DNA of 63,902 nucleotides, the filler included, from Octopus bimaculoides (lineage: Eukaryota): assembly GCF_001194135.2 (NCBI RefSeq). It is 5 parts of 5 records of this genome, joined end to end, with 100 filler letters (N's around TTAATTAATTAA, not from the genome) between each part and the next. Parts side by side here need not be neighbours in the genome. Positions count along the whole stretch, not along the records: positions 1 to 12,237 come from NC_068987.1; positions 12,338 to 32,092 come from NC_068998.1; 3 more parts are not named here. The stretch is one strand, 5' to 3'. Shown here piece by piece: positions 11,170 to 24,881 of this stretch. Position 1 is the stretch's first letter. Every line of letters starts with the position of its first letter. The position numbers and the translations under genes are program-made. The notes under the pieces are model-generated. The model was not told the origin of the DNA, searched no databases, and worked only from the letters and a program-made list of their open reading frames with translations.

Positions 11170-11460
11170 CATGGGATATGGAAGTAGAAAGAAAGATTGG
11201 AGTTTCCCCAGGTCATCCAGACATCCCTGAGGCCAGATGAAATTTTGTGGTCTAAAAAGGCAAAGAAAATAATCATAACTGAACTTACAGCCCTGAGGGA
11301 AGAAGGGTGTGATCAAGCTTTAGAACAGAAGCATGCCAAGTATGAGAGCCTTTTGCAGGATTAGAGGGAGAAGAGGTTGCAGTCATGGCTTTTCTCAGGC
11401 ATGTTTGGCTGTAGGAGATTCCCTCCTATTCAGTATGGAAAACGCTTACAGCTATTGGAA
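11170..11460 (+). mobile_element. Restriction-like endonuclease (PD-(D/E)xK) remnant of a Hero/NeSL-type non-LTR retrotransposon
   Basis: EFPQVIQTSLRPDEILWSKKAKKIIITELTALREEGCDQALEQKHAKYESLLQD*REKRLQSWLFSGMFGCRRFP fits the LRPD-x-x-LWS...ELT(VPW)EE...K-x-x-KY...GCRGF pattern. Confidence 0.72.
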
Positions 11461-11639
11461 GGAGAGGAAAAGTGTGAAGGGTGACTGTGCAATATGGGAG
11501 AGGTAGCAGAAAGAATCTTGGTTAATGTTGATATTATTACTCGGAAATGAAGTAAAAAAGAAAAAAATAGTGCAATGGGTGTAAAAAAGGTGCAGGAAAC
11601 GAATACAAAAACAAAAATGCCCGGAAAGCAATGGGGTGG

Positions 11640-12060
11640 AGAGAGGCCTTCTGAAAATGCACAAGATCCAATGTTTTTCCCTCATAAATTTTAGCAAAAT
11701 GGGTTTTTTTAATGAAATTTTATATAAATATCTTTCAAACAGTATAGATTACGATTATAAAGAAATATGTGGGGAAAATCTTTTCCAAGGAGGTGGGGAG
11801 AGGACTTTGGAAAATTCACAAGATCCGATGTTTTTCCCTCGTAACTTTGAGGAAAATCAATATCTTTCTACTTCACACCCACTTTGGAAACGAATCTGAA
11901 GGTAAAAATGCATAGAAAGCAACTGGGAGGGAGGCCAGAACTTCAGAAAATTCACAAGATTCACAAGATCCAAGTTTTTCTCTCGTAACTTTGAGGAAAA
12001 CATAATCCTTTTGAAATCACAAATCAGGCTTTTCCTCAGGAACTTGGATGCTAAACATCC
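11640..12060 (+). repeat. Three dispersed-tandem copies of a ~60-bp block at ~130-160 bp spacing
   Basis: gaaaat(g/t)cacaagatcc(a/g)a(t)gtttt(t)c(c/t)ctc(a/g)taa(a/c)ttt(t/g)ag(c/g)aaaa near 11653, 11811 and 11955. Confidence 0.8.
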
Positions 12061-12237
12061 CTTTGAAGGGTTCAAGTCCTTACTTCTATTATATATATAT
12101 ATATATATATATATCTGTCAGATGGTACATCTGTCAGACGGGACCTTGATGATTGCCATGAGGCAGTCCTTATATATTTACTACTCTATATTTAATACTC
12201 AATATTTCATATATTCAATAAGACATTCAATACTTCA

Positions 12238-12337
12238 NNNNNNNNNNNNNNNNNNNNNNNNNNNNNNNNNNNNNNNNNNNNTTAATTAATTAANNNNNNN
12301 NNNNNNNNNNNNNNNNNNNNNNNNNNNNNNNNNNNNN
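12238..12337. other. Artificial contig join (N44-TTAATTAATTAA-N44)
   Basis: Exactly 100 bp; the 12-mer is palindromic and places TAA in all six frames. Confidence 0.95.
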
Positions 12338-12392
12338 TATATATTTATATATATATTTTTAAACACTCACACACATATATATGAATATGCAT

Positions 12393-12423
<31 letters not shown>

Positions 12424-14064
12424 CATATATACATATACATATATATATATCCAAAAGGAGGGGACAAGATTAAGGTTGACCCCTCCAGAGGAAGTAACCA
12501 GCAGAACGAGTAGGACGACAGTGGCATACAGAACGCTGTCCATGACCAATAAGAAAATATAATTCTATGATTCTCCTACTTGATACACTGCAGTGTGTGG
12601 ACAGCATCGAAAGGCTTTCAGTCTATATCTCATTTCGTCTTCAACTCCAGAATCTTAGTCTCCAGCCTGATAATTTTCATTTTGTAACGGAACCAACAGA
12701 AGCTTTGCAAAATGAAGGAAAATACGGAGTTATGATTTCCAGTGTATTAAGGTTAATTAGTCTTTTGCGGAACTTGAACAGGGTAGTTCCATAAATTACA
12801 TGATGACACTTTTCGGTCCTAAGAGTAATTCAGTTGTTGATTTGGAAGTTTTACATTCCCACAATACTGACATACAATGGTTATTTCAATATCATTAAAT
12901 CCTCGTTCATAATTTGTCCTCTGACGCTCTTAAGTTACGACTGAAATCTCTTTCCCTTTCTTCCATATTCTAGTTTATTATCCTGTATTTTTCACATTTT
13001 CACGATTACACTTCTTTGTTGCTGGCTCGTGCCTTGTATCCATTTCACTTGTTTTTCGGAGGATTTGCTCTTTATATTCATTTAATTCTGTTAACTATGT
13101 TATGGCATATTTCTCTTCCGTTTTAGGGCACATGTTATATGATTTAACCATTCCTTGTTTTCTTGAATTCTCTATTGCAGACTCATACTCTTCCAGCAAA
13201 ATCTCTAAAAGTGTGAAAAATATATTTTTCAAGGGTTCTTTATGTACTCTAGTGCTGTATTATACATATACATATTGGGGAGAATGAAGTTTAAATAATT
13301 ATATGCCAAAACAGACATAGCCATTTAAACTTCAAACACTACTCAGAAAATATATCATTAATACGTCTACATAAAGTCGTGGGGAATTAATAGCAATTTA
13401 ATGTAATCATATGACAATGCCCTTTGAGTTATCTGCAAACAATAACTTTAAAAGTACAAATGCAAATAATTATATTGCATGAATGACGGTGTTAGTCTTG
13501 TACTATAAGTTGACGTTATGCCATTCACTGGAATACAGTTCTTTTGACTTACTGACAGCTATTGGAATTTTTTTAATTTCTATAAATCATATCCCTTAGA
13601 GATATTTTGCTTTTGTTATATTTTTAGATAACGTTTCTCTGTTTTAGAAATGCCGCAATGTAAATATTACACTATATGCGCTATTCTCTTTGATGTTATA
13701 TGCTTTCAACCCCTGCCCTTAAGAGGAGTGAAATTGTATATCTCGCTGTGTTCATTCAATGTTAACTATTATTTGCTATAAAATAGCTATCATAAAAAAC
13801 CTAGCGTAGTGGACTGATTCAGTTAATCTTAATAGTTAAAAAATAGCTTCATTAAAATAATTTAAGCCTAACAGAGTAAAAAAAATTATAACTAAACCCA
13901 AGTTGATGATAAAAATGTTTAAAACGTAACAAAAGAACTTTTCTGAAAATGTATACGCCATATACCTAGAAAATTACTCTAAACACATATATGAACACAC
14001 ACAACACATATAAATATGCACACACACATGTATGATCACCACAGCTCAGCGGTCAGCAATTTCA

Positions 14065-14235
14065 ATGGGAGGAATAAATGAATTACATCGACCCAGTGCT
14101 CAACTGGTCCTTATTTTATTGACCACGAAAGAATGAAAGGCAAAGTGGACCTCGACAGAATTTGAACTCAGAATGTTAAGACGGAGGAAATGCTGCTAAA
14201 TATCTTGCACGGCAGGCTAACCATTCTGCTAGTTC
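14065..14235 (-). mobile_element. SINE type 2, degenerate
   Basis: ttacatcgacccagtg...gaatgaaaggcaaagtggacctcgacagaatttgaactcagaa. Confidence 0.75.
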
Positions 14236-15409
14236 TTACTCCCTTGTTAATATTCGCTGCAGGTGAGTGTATAGTGGTCCATCATATTTTTCCGGCATAT
14301 TTTACATGTAATACGTTCGTGCTTGTCATAACAGTTTCGCCTGTCAGTGAGGACTTACAAATGTCATAAGATTATCATTCCTCTATTGGCTATTTCATAA
14401 AAACCAAAACGCTATTTTACGAAAGAAAGTGGAGTGAGACTTCTAACAATTCATTTAATATGCTTTCAAGTGGATGGCACGTGTAATAAAATATATTTGT
14501 CATGCTCTTACATAGAAACAAAAAAGTTGTCCTTGTTTGGGTAAAGTTTGAAGCAATTTCCACTGTGACACTATATCTTGAACCTTGAATATCTCATCTG
14601 AATAATATCACGAATTGCCAATGTTCTCGACAGCAACATTTTACCAGATATATGAGATAATTATCTATTGTCAACACGAAATTAGGAGGCGAGATAAACT
14701 TGCCATACACCGTACTAAATATAATTCCAAAAGTTATATTGGCAAGTTTCTCTCATTAGCCTCTATAAATCGAACAGTATTAGTTTTCATTGTTACATTT
14801 TTTTTCTTTAGTGAAAACATCTATTATTAAAGCCAGTTGGATTGAACTGAGGTTAACTATGCTGGAATGTCAAACTTTTTAATCCATATGTGTTTCCTTG
14901 TAGAGAGAAACACTTAATCTAATAAATAATTTTCGTTTTCCATTAAACCGGTAGATTGAAAAAGCAAGTAAAAAAACTCTCCGTGTATTATAAATAAATA
15001 ATAATATCTACAGTCTTCTTACTTGATTTCAGTATGGACTTAGCACTCTTTCATATTGACCACTCTGTTGGTGTTGTCATTCTCTATGTTTTGTATAAAT
15101 ATAGATTTACTGAAGAATATCAAACTTAAAATACTAGCTGCTACACTGGCTATAAATAGTTCATCGACATTTTCGTTAAAACAGGACGAGGATAAAAATT
15201 TTGAAATAATCTTCCTGTAATGGATGACGGGATGTGTGACACTTCCGCTGTATGCGCACGAACACACACAAAGTGCACAAGCAAGCGAAAACAGATAGTG
15301 CGACACCCTTCTATGCGCAAACATTAACACGATTTTATTTACGATATACAGCTACACATTCTATATACTTATACACACATACAAACATGCATATGTGTGT
15401 ATCTATCTA

Positions 15410-15448
<39 letters not shown>

Positions 15449-16914
15449 CTGTATTTATATGTGGACTCTACACTCATTGAAAACCGACAATACGGTTGAT
15501 ATATGCGGAGGTGAGCCGAGCAAGACATTAGCATTCATCTAGAAATAGTTTCCATTAGAATGGAAAGTAGAAGCAACGAAGAATCTCAAGTAGAACAACA
15601 GTGTAATTAAGCATTTCTTAAGCATCCATTTTATGATCTGTCTTAAAGATTCTTTCTGTGGTAGTTTTAGTATATTTCACTTAAAGTATGTGTTTTCCTG
15701 ATAGCATTTTTCTTGCACAGATAACAGAGGTAGCATAAATGTCAGTCAAAATAAAGCATTGCCCAATAACAATAGCAACGAATTGAATTCTACTTATTTT
15801 TACGTTAAATAAGGTAAGCCAGCAAGACTAAGTGAACAATATTAATACAACTAGAGTGGAAGATAAAATGTGAGGTTACAAAGAAATGCTATTGAAAAAT
15901 GGAAAATGGTAGTGCAACGATGCCGAGTGATAACAGAGCTAGAGTGACAGTTATTGTAGTTTGCTTGAGTACATTATGAAATATAGAAGAAAAATCTAAA
16001 TGATGAAGAAAATATATATATAGTGAGAGAGAGAATAATTCAATGGTTTTACCATCAAAATAAAGGACAGGTATTATTTCTCGTTTATGAAAAGAGCTTC
16101 ACCTAGTTTGCCCAGAAGGGTTATATATCTGCTTTTGTCAAGTTTACTTAAGTTACGAAAAGGTTTTTATATAACATTTACATCAAAGTTATTCAAAATG
16201 AACATAATGAAAGAGAGATCCACACAAATAGTTTTTTCTCTCTCCCTCTCCCCTCTCCTCCCTCTCTCCTCTCCCCCCTCTCTCTCTCACTAGCTCTCAT
16301 TCTCACAATACAGAACGTCACAATAGCGTACCACACACATAAGTATATATATATACAAGTTTGAAAAAATAAATGACAGAGTTTAATAACATACATAGAG
16401 CACCAATGTAATCAATTTGCGCAGACATACTCATTACTGCAAGATCACACATATTCCTGTGAGGAGATACAAATACATATATACGTTCACATTCGTTTAT
16501 ATTATAATGTATGCATAATATACAAATAAATACGCATATATCTAAAAAGAAAATTTTAACATAAGCACATCTGTATGCATATACAAATGTGTGTGTATGA
16601 ATGTGCATGAGTATGGAAGTGCAAACGATAGAAATAGCACTAAAGACAATTAGCAATTTAATTGAGAAAAGCATCTGTTGTTTCCCTAAGTCGATACCCA
16701 GCTATTTATGATCTTTCACACGACAGAAAAATGAATCATACTTTTGTCGCCTAAAGAACCGGAAAGAGCGACGAGCTTTGAATAGTAACCAAGGGAAGAA
16801 AATGAAATGTGTGTGTGTGTGAGCGCGTGAGTGTACGTGTGTGTTTCTTTGTATGTGTGTGTATGCATGTGTGTTTTTGCGTGTGTGCATTGTGTGTGTA
16901 TATATATATATATA

Positions 16915-17232
16915 TATAATTATTACAAATTAAAAGGGTAAAGGTTTATCAATTTATTAATTTATTAATAAATCAACAATTAATAATTTTTACCAAGCCC
17001 TTCGGTATGTAAACACTATTATCGGTGGAGAACTTATTTAAAAGTTCCTATACATTTATAAACATAATTAAGGGATCAGCAAGCATTTGCTTCACCACAT
17101 ACCGAAGTTCAGAAATAGCAGCTAAAAAAGCTGAGACTCCAACAGATAGCATTACTTGTAACACACAAAGGCAAAAGCAAGAAGAAAAAACAATGAAAAC
17201 TAACCATTTAAAGTTAATCATAGACGCGTTTC
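16915..17232 (-). mobile_element. Probable Penelope-like element remnant ending in the 3' half of a minimal hammerhead at a gap edge
   Basis: Minus strand begins GAAAC-GC-GTC at 17232-17223 (palindromic ACGCGT stem III typical of PLE minimal hammerheads); 11-bp inverted repeat cttcggtatgt (17000-17010) / acataccgaag (17097-17107). Confidence 0.45.
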
Positions 17233-17924
17233 NNNNNNNNNNNNNNNNNNNNNNNNNNNNNNNNNNNNNNNNNNNNNNNNNNNNNNNNNNNNNNNNNNNN
17301 NNNNNNNNNNNNNNNNNNNNNNNNNNNNNNNNNNNNNNNNNNNNNNNNNNNNNNNNNNNNNNNNNNNNNNNNNNNNNNNNNNNNNNNNNNNNNNNNNNNN
17401 NNNNNNNNNNNNNNNNNNNNNNNNNNNNNNNNNNNNNNNNNNNNNNNNNNNNNNNNNNNNNNNNNNNNNNNNNNNNNNNNNNNNNNNNNNNNNNNNNNNN
17501 NNNNNNNNNNNNNNNNNNNNNNNNNNNNNNNNNNNNNNNNNNNNNNNNNNNNNNNNNNNNNNNNNNNNNNNNNNNNNNNNNNNNNNNNNNNNNNNNNNNN
17601 NNNNNNNNNNNNNNNNNNNNNNNNNNNNNNNNNNNNNNNNNNNNNNNNNNNNNNNNNNNNNNNNNNNNNNNNNNNNNNNNNNNNNNNNNNNNNNNNNNNN
17701 NNNNNNNNNNNNNNNNNNNNNNNNNNNNNNNNNNNNNNNNNNNNNNNNNNNNNNNNNNNNNNNNNNNNNNNNNNNNNNNNNNNNNNNNNNNNNNNNNNNN
17801 NNNNNNNNNNNNNNNNNNNNNNNNNNNNNNNNNNNNNNNNNNNNNNNNNNNNNNNNNNNNNNNNNNNNNNNNNNNNNNNNNNNNNNNNNNNNNNNNNNNN
17901 NNNNNNNNNNNNNNNNNNNNNNNN

Positions 17925-17961
<37 letters not shown>

Positions 17962-17984
17962 GTGTGCGTATGTATGCATGCATG

Positions 17985-18016
<32 letters not shown>

Positions 18017-18069
18017 CATGCATGCATGCACGTATGTATGTGTGCTGCTTTTGGATTTATCTTCCATTT

Positions 18070-18215
18070 ATGATGTCTGGAAAAACGCCATCAACTACAT
18101 CTGAAGGCAGTAGTGCGAAAAAGAGGAGTAAATGAATAACAATTGATATTAAACTTGATGTTTTAAAGAGACTTGATGCGGTACTCCAAGTAATTTTGCC
18201 AAAACATTAAATCTT
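18070..18215 (+). mobile_element. Tigger/pogo (CENP-B-like) transposase N-terminal remnant
   Basis: [36 protein letters not shown], then frameshifted [12 protein letters not shown], resembling the psq-type HTH of pogo-family transposases. Confidence 0.55.
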
Positions 18216-18260
18216 GCAATGCACACACGCATCTATCTCACACACACACCCAGACACATC

Positions 18261-18372
<112 letters not shown>

Positions 18373-18659
18373 TGTGTGTGCACATATATATACATATACA
18401 AGCGCAGGCGTGGCTGTGTGATAAGATGTTTGCTTTCCAACCACATGGTTCCGAGTTTAGTGGAATCTTGGGCAAGTGTTTTCTACTATAGCCTCGGGTT
18501 GACTAAAGCCCGTGGCTATCATAAATTTGGCATATGGAATCTGAAAGAAAGCCGTCTTTCTCATCACCGCTTGAGAACAGGTGTTGATGTGTTTAAGTTC
18601 CTGTGAATTAACGATTCGACTAAAGAACAGATAAAATAAGCGATATATTTGTGCCATTG

Positions 18660-19620
18660 CTGTACCCATTTACTTCTTAAATTTCGAAAATTTCATGTGT
18701 CCACTTGGTATCCATTTCTTCACAATCACTTTCACTTCGTCTCTTTCTTTAAATCATTATTTCGAAGATTGTTCGTCATTGGGTCGAACAGGTGAAAGAG
18801 AAACGGTACCGAATCTGAGCTGTTAAATAGATGAGAGACCATAGAGTTGCTCAATTTGTCGCTTGCCGGAGTTATTGCGAAATAGTACATTGTCATTGAT
18901 AACGTGAATCATTTTCATATTCTTGTTCGGTATCTTCCTCCTAGTGGATTCGGTATCACTTGAGCTTTTCACTTTACCACTTACTGTTCACGGTATTGCA
19001 GCGTTCCAAAACACCAGAAGAATAATGACTTTGTTATGCCCCCACAAAACTATAACCATGACTTTATCGGTCGCTGGCTGCTGAATTTGTTTTTCTTTGG
19101 AGAAGTGATGTGATATTATTCCAGACCATAAATTTGCGGCCACGTGTTAGACTGTTACCAGATCAGAAAAAAGAAACTTCTTGACTTCAAGTGCGTTCAG
19201 CAACTCAGTGTAGACTTAAGCCATTCACCCTTTTAAATCGGGTGTCCACTACCGGGGTGCCTACTTCTTTCTGCTGGTCAAAGTCTCCCACTATCTTCTG
19301 TAATCATTGTGACCAATGCAGCAGTACAGTAATCTTATGGATTGTGATTCGTCTGTTCATGTAAATCGATTCCTGCTTTATTGTACTTGTGAGCGATCGT
19401 AGTTGATGTCCTACTACGTGGGACATACTTAATGCTGGTTTTCATTCGTTAAACTATCTATACTCAATACTGTCTTTGATGATGTCATCTCCGTAAACAA
19501 ACTTCAGTTAACGTTTGATAGCGTGCACCTCTCCTGCATCGAGAATTCAAAGTCAACATGCTACTTCAGTTTGGAACTTATCTTTTTCTTTCAATGAAGA
19601 ATAGGAAGATGAGGAATTAT
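18660..19620 (-). mobile_element. Highly decayed mariner transposase
   Basis: Minus-strand fragments KVMVIVLWGHNKV (cf. KVMASVFWD), MITEDS (cf. IVTGDE) and SSDSVPFLFHLFDPMTNNL (cf. SPDLAPSDFHLFGPLKN), in the expected order. Confidence 0.55.
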
Positions 19621-20194
19621 TGATGAAGTGTTACTCGAATAATATGTGCAATTTTCGTATATAACTTAGTTATGTCTGCTCTGCATTACATGTGACAGAA
19701 CACTCATTTATATATATAGTTTCAGTCTATCAAATCCACTCACAGGGTGCTTTGTCGGCCCGAGGCTACACGTACCCTGTGTTCCACGAAGTTGAAGAAC
19801 CTGCTTATCAAGTTACAGTGCGATGTTACCGAGACACGTACAGCTTTAACATAATTTTCAAGTAGAATCATAGTGAAAAAGTGAAAAGGGTTGTACTTTT
19901 GAAATATATGTGCTCTCTCTCTGGGAGGCTTCTAAACGGTTTCTGTCTACTCGAATTCATTCACAATGCTGGGTGAAACAAGAGCCTACGGTAAACGTTG
20001 GCCAAAATGACTCACAAAGGATCAAGCCTGAGACCATTCGGTTCCATAACGAACTTGTTAAGCACGTGGCCGTGTCTCAATTCAAAGTTTGATAGATACT
20101 GTACGCACAACTATAGGCTCTTTACTTACTTATATACCCTGTGTAGTTATATAATCAGTTTTACTATAGAAACAAGGCCTGAAATTTGTTAGGG

Positions 20195-20350
20195 GAGAGG
20201 GCTAGTGGTCAACTAGTACTTATTTGATCTACCCAGAAAGGATGAAAGGCAAATTCGGCCTCGGTGGAATTTGATCTCAGAACATAGAGACAAACGAAAT
20301 GTCGCTAAGCATTTCGACCGTCGTGCTAACGATTCCACCAGCAGCTCGCT
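20195..20350 (-). mobile_element. SINE type 2, degenerate
   Basis: aaggatgaaaggcaaattcggcctcggtggaatttgatctcagaac...gctaagcatttcgacc...gctaacgattcc. Confidence 0.75.
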
Positions 20351-20606
20351 ACTTTTGTATAGTAACAGAATAAAGATATGTATAAGATTTACTTTGCGTA
20401 TTTTTACCACTATTTGTACCACTTAACTTGAAATTCCTCTTGCATTATCTCGATACCATCTAATACTACAATTAACTGATATACTTCGGCACTCGCTTCA
20501 GAATTTCCCTTATCTTTCACTAAATGCGAGCTGAATTAAGTACATGCAGAGCCGAAACAGAACATAAACGAAATAACATTCTAACAAAGACGATTCCATT
20601 CCATGT

Positions 20607-20650
<44 letters not shown>

Positions 20651-23269
20651 NNNNNNNNNNNNNNNNNNNNNNNNNNNNNNNNNNNNNNNNNNNNNNNNNN
20701 NNNNNNNNNNNNNNNNNNNNNNNNNNNNNNNNNNNNNNNNNNNNNNNNNNNNNNNNNNNNNNNNNNNNNNNNNNNNNNNNNNNNTATATATATATATATA
20801 TATATTCGTTTCTAGCACTTGGATCCGATCATGCTGGAGCACTGCCGTGAAAGAACAAATTATATAAACATAAATGTGTGTGTGAGAGAGTGTCTGTGTG
20901 TGTGTGTATGTGTATCTGTCTATCTGTCTGTCTGAGTTGGAAGGTGTATAATGGTGGTTCAACAGCAGAATGATCAATATGATCAATGCGTCGGGCAAAA
21001 TGATTTGCATTATCCTGTTTCGACTCATTACATTCCAAGTTCAAAACACGCCGTAGTTTGTCCAGTGTCATTTCGAGATTTATAGTTATAAATTACCAGC
21101 CATATTCGAGACCGATAAAACTGGTTCTATTCTCCCCACAATTTTAGGCCCTAATACAATATATAGTGTTATTGGTTGTGTCTGTCATTGCCTTTTTATA
21201 ATTCTTTCAATTTATTTTATTTTTATTTTTATTCATTTACTTTTTGTTCTGTTTGTTTCTGACTCATGCATCCAAACAGAATACAGAGGAGAACAAAGAT
21301 AACATTTTCAGAATGAAATACGTTTAGTTCACCAAAAAACAATTTGAACAATAATTTTTAATGCATTGTAGCCTAATGCTAGTGCTATTTCCATATATAT
21401 TTCACGGGTGGGTGGGAATTGCAATATTTATAAAACAATATTACAAATATTTGACATTTCAACCATCATATGTCATAGGAAGCCGTGTCTATAAAGTGTT
21501 TTAGAAATTTTTCAAAATGACGAATTTTAAACGATCATCTTTTGTGTTAGGAAATGAGTGAAACTTTCAGTTCGAATAGGCTTTTCAAACACATTATATT
21601 AATTCTTTTAAATAGGAACAAAGATAAGTTATGCAGACGATGTACTATTTTAAGAGAAGAATTATTATGCAATATATTATTCATATAATCATATTTTTAC
21701 ACCACTAGCTCATAGAGAGCGCCAGACAAAACATTTTGAAATATTTTCTAATGCCCGTTTATATTGTACGTTCGAATCCTGCTTCAGTCAGGTCTGAATT
21801 AAATCTTTATGAAGCTAATAACAAGTCAATAAACACACATTTCTCTCTTCTCAACATGTGTAGGCATGTGCCTATGCTTGTAATCATTATATTATATTAC
21901 TATAATTTATTGACATCAGAAATATCCTTAAGAAATTCATGAACCTCCTTCCCTTAAAAATTTACCCGTCAGTAAGAATGTTAATTTGTGCAAGCAGCAG
22001 TTATACATTGATCAGAAAACGTCGAATTAGCCAAATCGGGAAAGTGTTGGGAAATATGGCTCCATGTATATGAATTCAAGTGCTGTAGATATCAAAAGTG
22101 TCTTCATATTTCCAAGTTCATAAACTGCAGTGAAGGCCAAGTATTGGGATTGGTCAGAGTGACTGAACGCTACACTGATATGTGCAACCTTATATCTATG
22201 TTAAAAACACTATTAGTCATCAATACGGAAGTCGTGGATTAGAGCCAAATTTTCAATAACAAAAAAAATATTATCATGAGAAGTATTAGCTGTGTGACGG
22301 TCTGCATTAGTACGGATCGGACTTCGAGATACGTTGATGTATATTGTTAGGTGTAAATATAGAAGTGTAAGGAAGCTCATATTCCATAGAAGAAATCTGA
22401 ATTATGACGTCTCGTATAAGGCCCTTTTTTTTCGGGGATAAAAGTGAAATGCTGCATTTGTTCTTGTATAGTCTTATCTGGAAGACCTACCTTCAAATGT
22501 ATCCCATCAATGGCCAACCCATCTTAGATTGATTGTGTCTACGACTTCATCTTATTGGTTGTAGCTAAGCCAATAAACTCCGAGTGAAAGAGAGCCTTGT
22601 CAGTGAATTAAGATAAAAGAAGATTGTCTGGAAGAACAATTGTCATCTTTTTGTCAAGGTGATAATCCCCGTGTTTAGGTATAACAAAATTACGTCGCTT
22701 CGAAAGTTTTCTCTTTTTGGTGCGACTGAAAAGGGAATGTTTGTCATATTTTTACATATAATTTACTCCATTGGTCCCTGGAATGATGAGGAAACTTAAA
22801 GCGGATTGAATGCGAACTCATAACGTACAGGAAATATCAAAAGACATTTTGTCCAACGTTCTACGGATTTTTTTCATTTCACCAATCTGTCACACTACAA
22901 GAAGCAATTAGTAAAGAAACATATTTCTCTGTGTTTAACACACTCCTCTCCCTAACACCCCTACATTATGATAACATGAATGTTATTAGAACTGTTTTCA
23001 GTTTCTAATGCACTGTAGTGAAACTGATGACGTCTCTCCTGACAAGTTCCAGTTTTGGTATTAATTCAAAACTTAATTGCCTTCACCTCTCTTTTGAGCT
23101 GTAAAAATTAGAAAGAAGTCACTGAAACCATTGAAATAGAAAATAAATAGGAAAAAAAATATCCCGTGAAATGTTTAATTCCACTGCATATCTTGCCAAG
23201 TTGTTTCAGGTCACGTCTTAAACTGAAAAATAGTCAAACACATTTTAGAAAGAATATGAATCCTCATTT

Positions 23270-23389
<120 letters not shown>

Positions 23390-24831
23390 CTATCAAGCTA
23401 TCTATCTATCTTTCCATCTCTCTCTCTCTCTCTGACTCTTAACTTTTTGGCAAAATGTTTCTGTCACTAGTCCTCTATCACATCATATCTCTTTCTTAGA
23501 CGTTCTCACACTCTTTCCTCTTTTTCTTCATTTATTTCTACCTATTCAGTATTTTTACTTGTCTTCGTTTCTTTCCCTTTGTTTTTGTTTCTCTCTGTCT
23601 TTCTTACTCTCTGATTTATTCACTCGTTTTGTTTTGCTGTTTGTTCTTTCATCGATAAAGTCACTATTGTTGATAAAAACGAAATCTTATCGAAGTATAA
23701 AATGAAGTTAAAATATATAGAGATCCTTTCTTCGATAAGAAAAGTCAAATTTTGTGCATGAATAATTGATTTGATATTCATGTGTGCTACAATTTACGGA
23801 ATAATTTGAACTGAAAAGAATTTAGCACCCAAGTTATACACCGTAAACAATAAGATTCGCTACAGAAACTACAAGTTGCGCTTACAGAAAAAAAATATAT
23901 TACATTTTCTGTCACGTGCTTTTATGGTACACAGATAAATTTCAATATATAATAGGATTCATAAAGCTAATGCTCAATTCGGCGCCTTTTCTCATAAAAG
24001 AGTGCCTAAATAGAAAGATTATCACATATAGAATAGTTAGAAATTTCAACGAATATCACTATGGGCTTTGAATATTTCTTTGATATTTATTATGCTGAAA
24101 ATGATATTTCCAATGAACTATCAAACTAAAACGTTTTTTGATATAATTGAAATTTGCTGAAGGAGAATGTATATGTAATACTGAATAATCCTATTCTTAA
24201 TATATAAATTATATTTTTTAACGTTTGCAGATATTTTATGTAAGAATTATTATTACTCACAGGTATAAAATATTTCCCATTAATATGTCAATTTTTTTGT
24301 CGATTATTTAAATCTAAATCCAATAAAATATATGCAACAATTCATAAAATAAATTGTAAATATTATCCCATAACAGTTCATTCTTCATTTTAGGAAAATA
24401 AACTTGTCACCGATGAATTTGTCTGGATATGTATACATACATACATACATACATATATATGTATGTATGTATGTATGTATACAGNNNNNNNNNNNNNNNN
24501 NNNNNNNNNNNNNNNNNNNNNNNNNNNNNNNNNNNNNNNNNNNNNNNNNNNNNNNNNNNNNNNNNNNNNNNNNNNNNNNNNNNNNNNNNNNNNNNNNNNN
24601 NNNNNNNNNNNNNNNNNNNNNNNNNNNNNNNNNNNNNNNNNNNNNNNNNNNNNNNNNNNNNNNNNNNNNNNNNNNNNNNNNNNNNNNNNNNNNNGCATAT
24701 CTGAGAGTAGAATACAAAATATTGGAATCGTCCATTAAACTAGCAGGGTATCTAAATCTAAGATTATTCCCAACAGTAAATATTTGTTCATTTATATATA
24801 CATACATCCATACATACATGCATATATATAA

Positions 24832-24881
<50 letters not shown>

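Noticed and set aside
12455-12545. ILSPPF / GV-like remnant of RT motif B on the minus strand
   Set aside because: Too short to assign.
16318-16674. ORF starting with the signal-like MLFSIKLLIVFSAISIVCTS
   Set aside because: No usable donor after the hydrophobic stretch, and it continues into (CA)-repeat-derived sequence.
17156-17221. MINFKWLVFIVFSSCFCLCVLQ followed by gtaatg, superficially like the human cystinosin signal peptide
   Set aside because: It begins right after a GAAACGCGTC hammerhead half in a probable Penelope-like remnant, ends in phase 0 (human is phase 1), and no acceptor is visible because of the gap; 56199-56244 is the better candidate.
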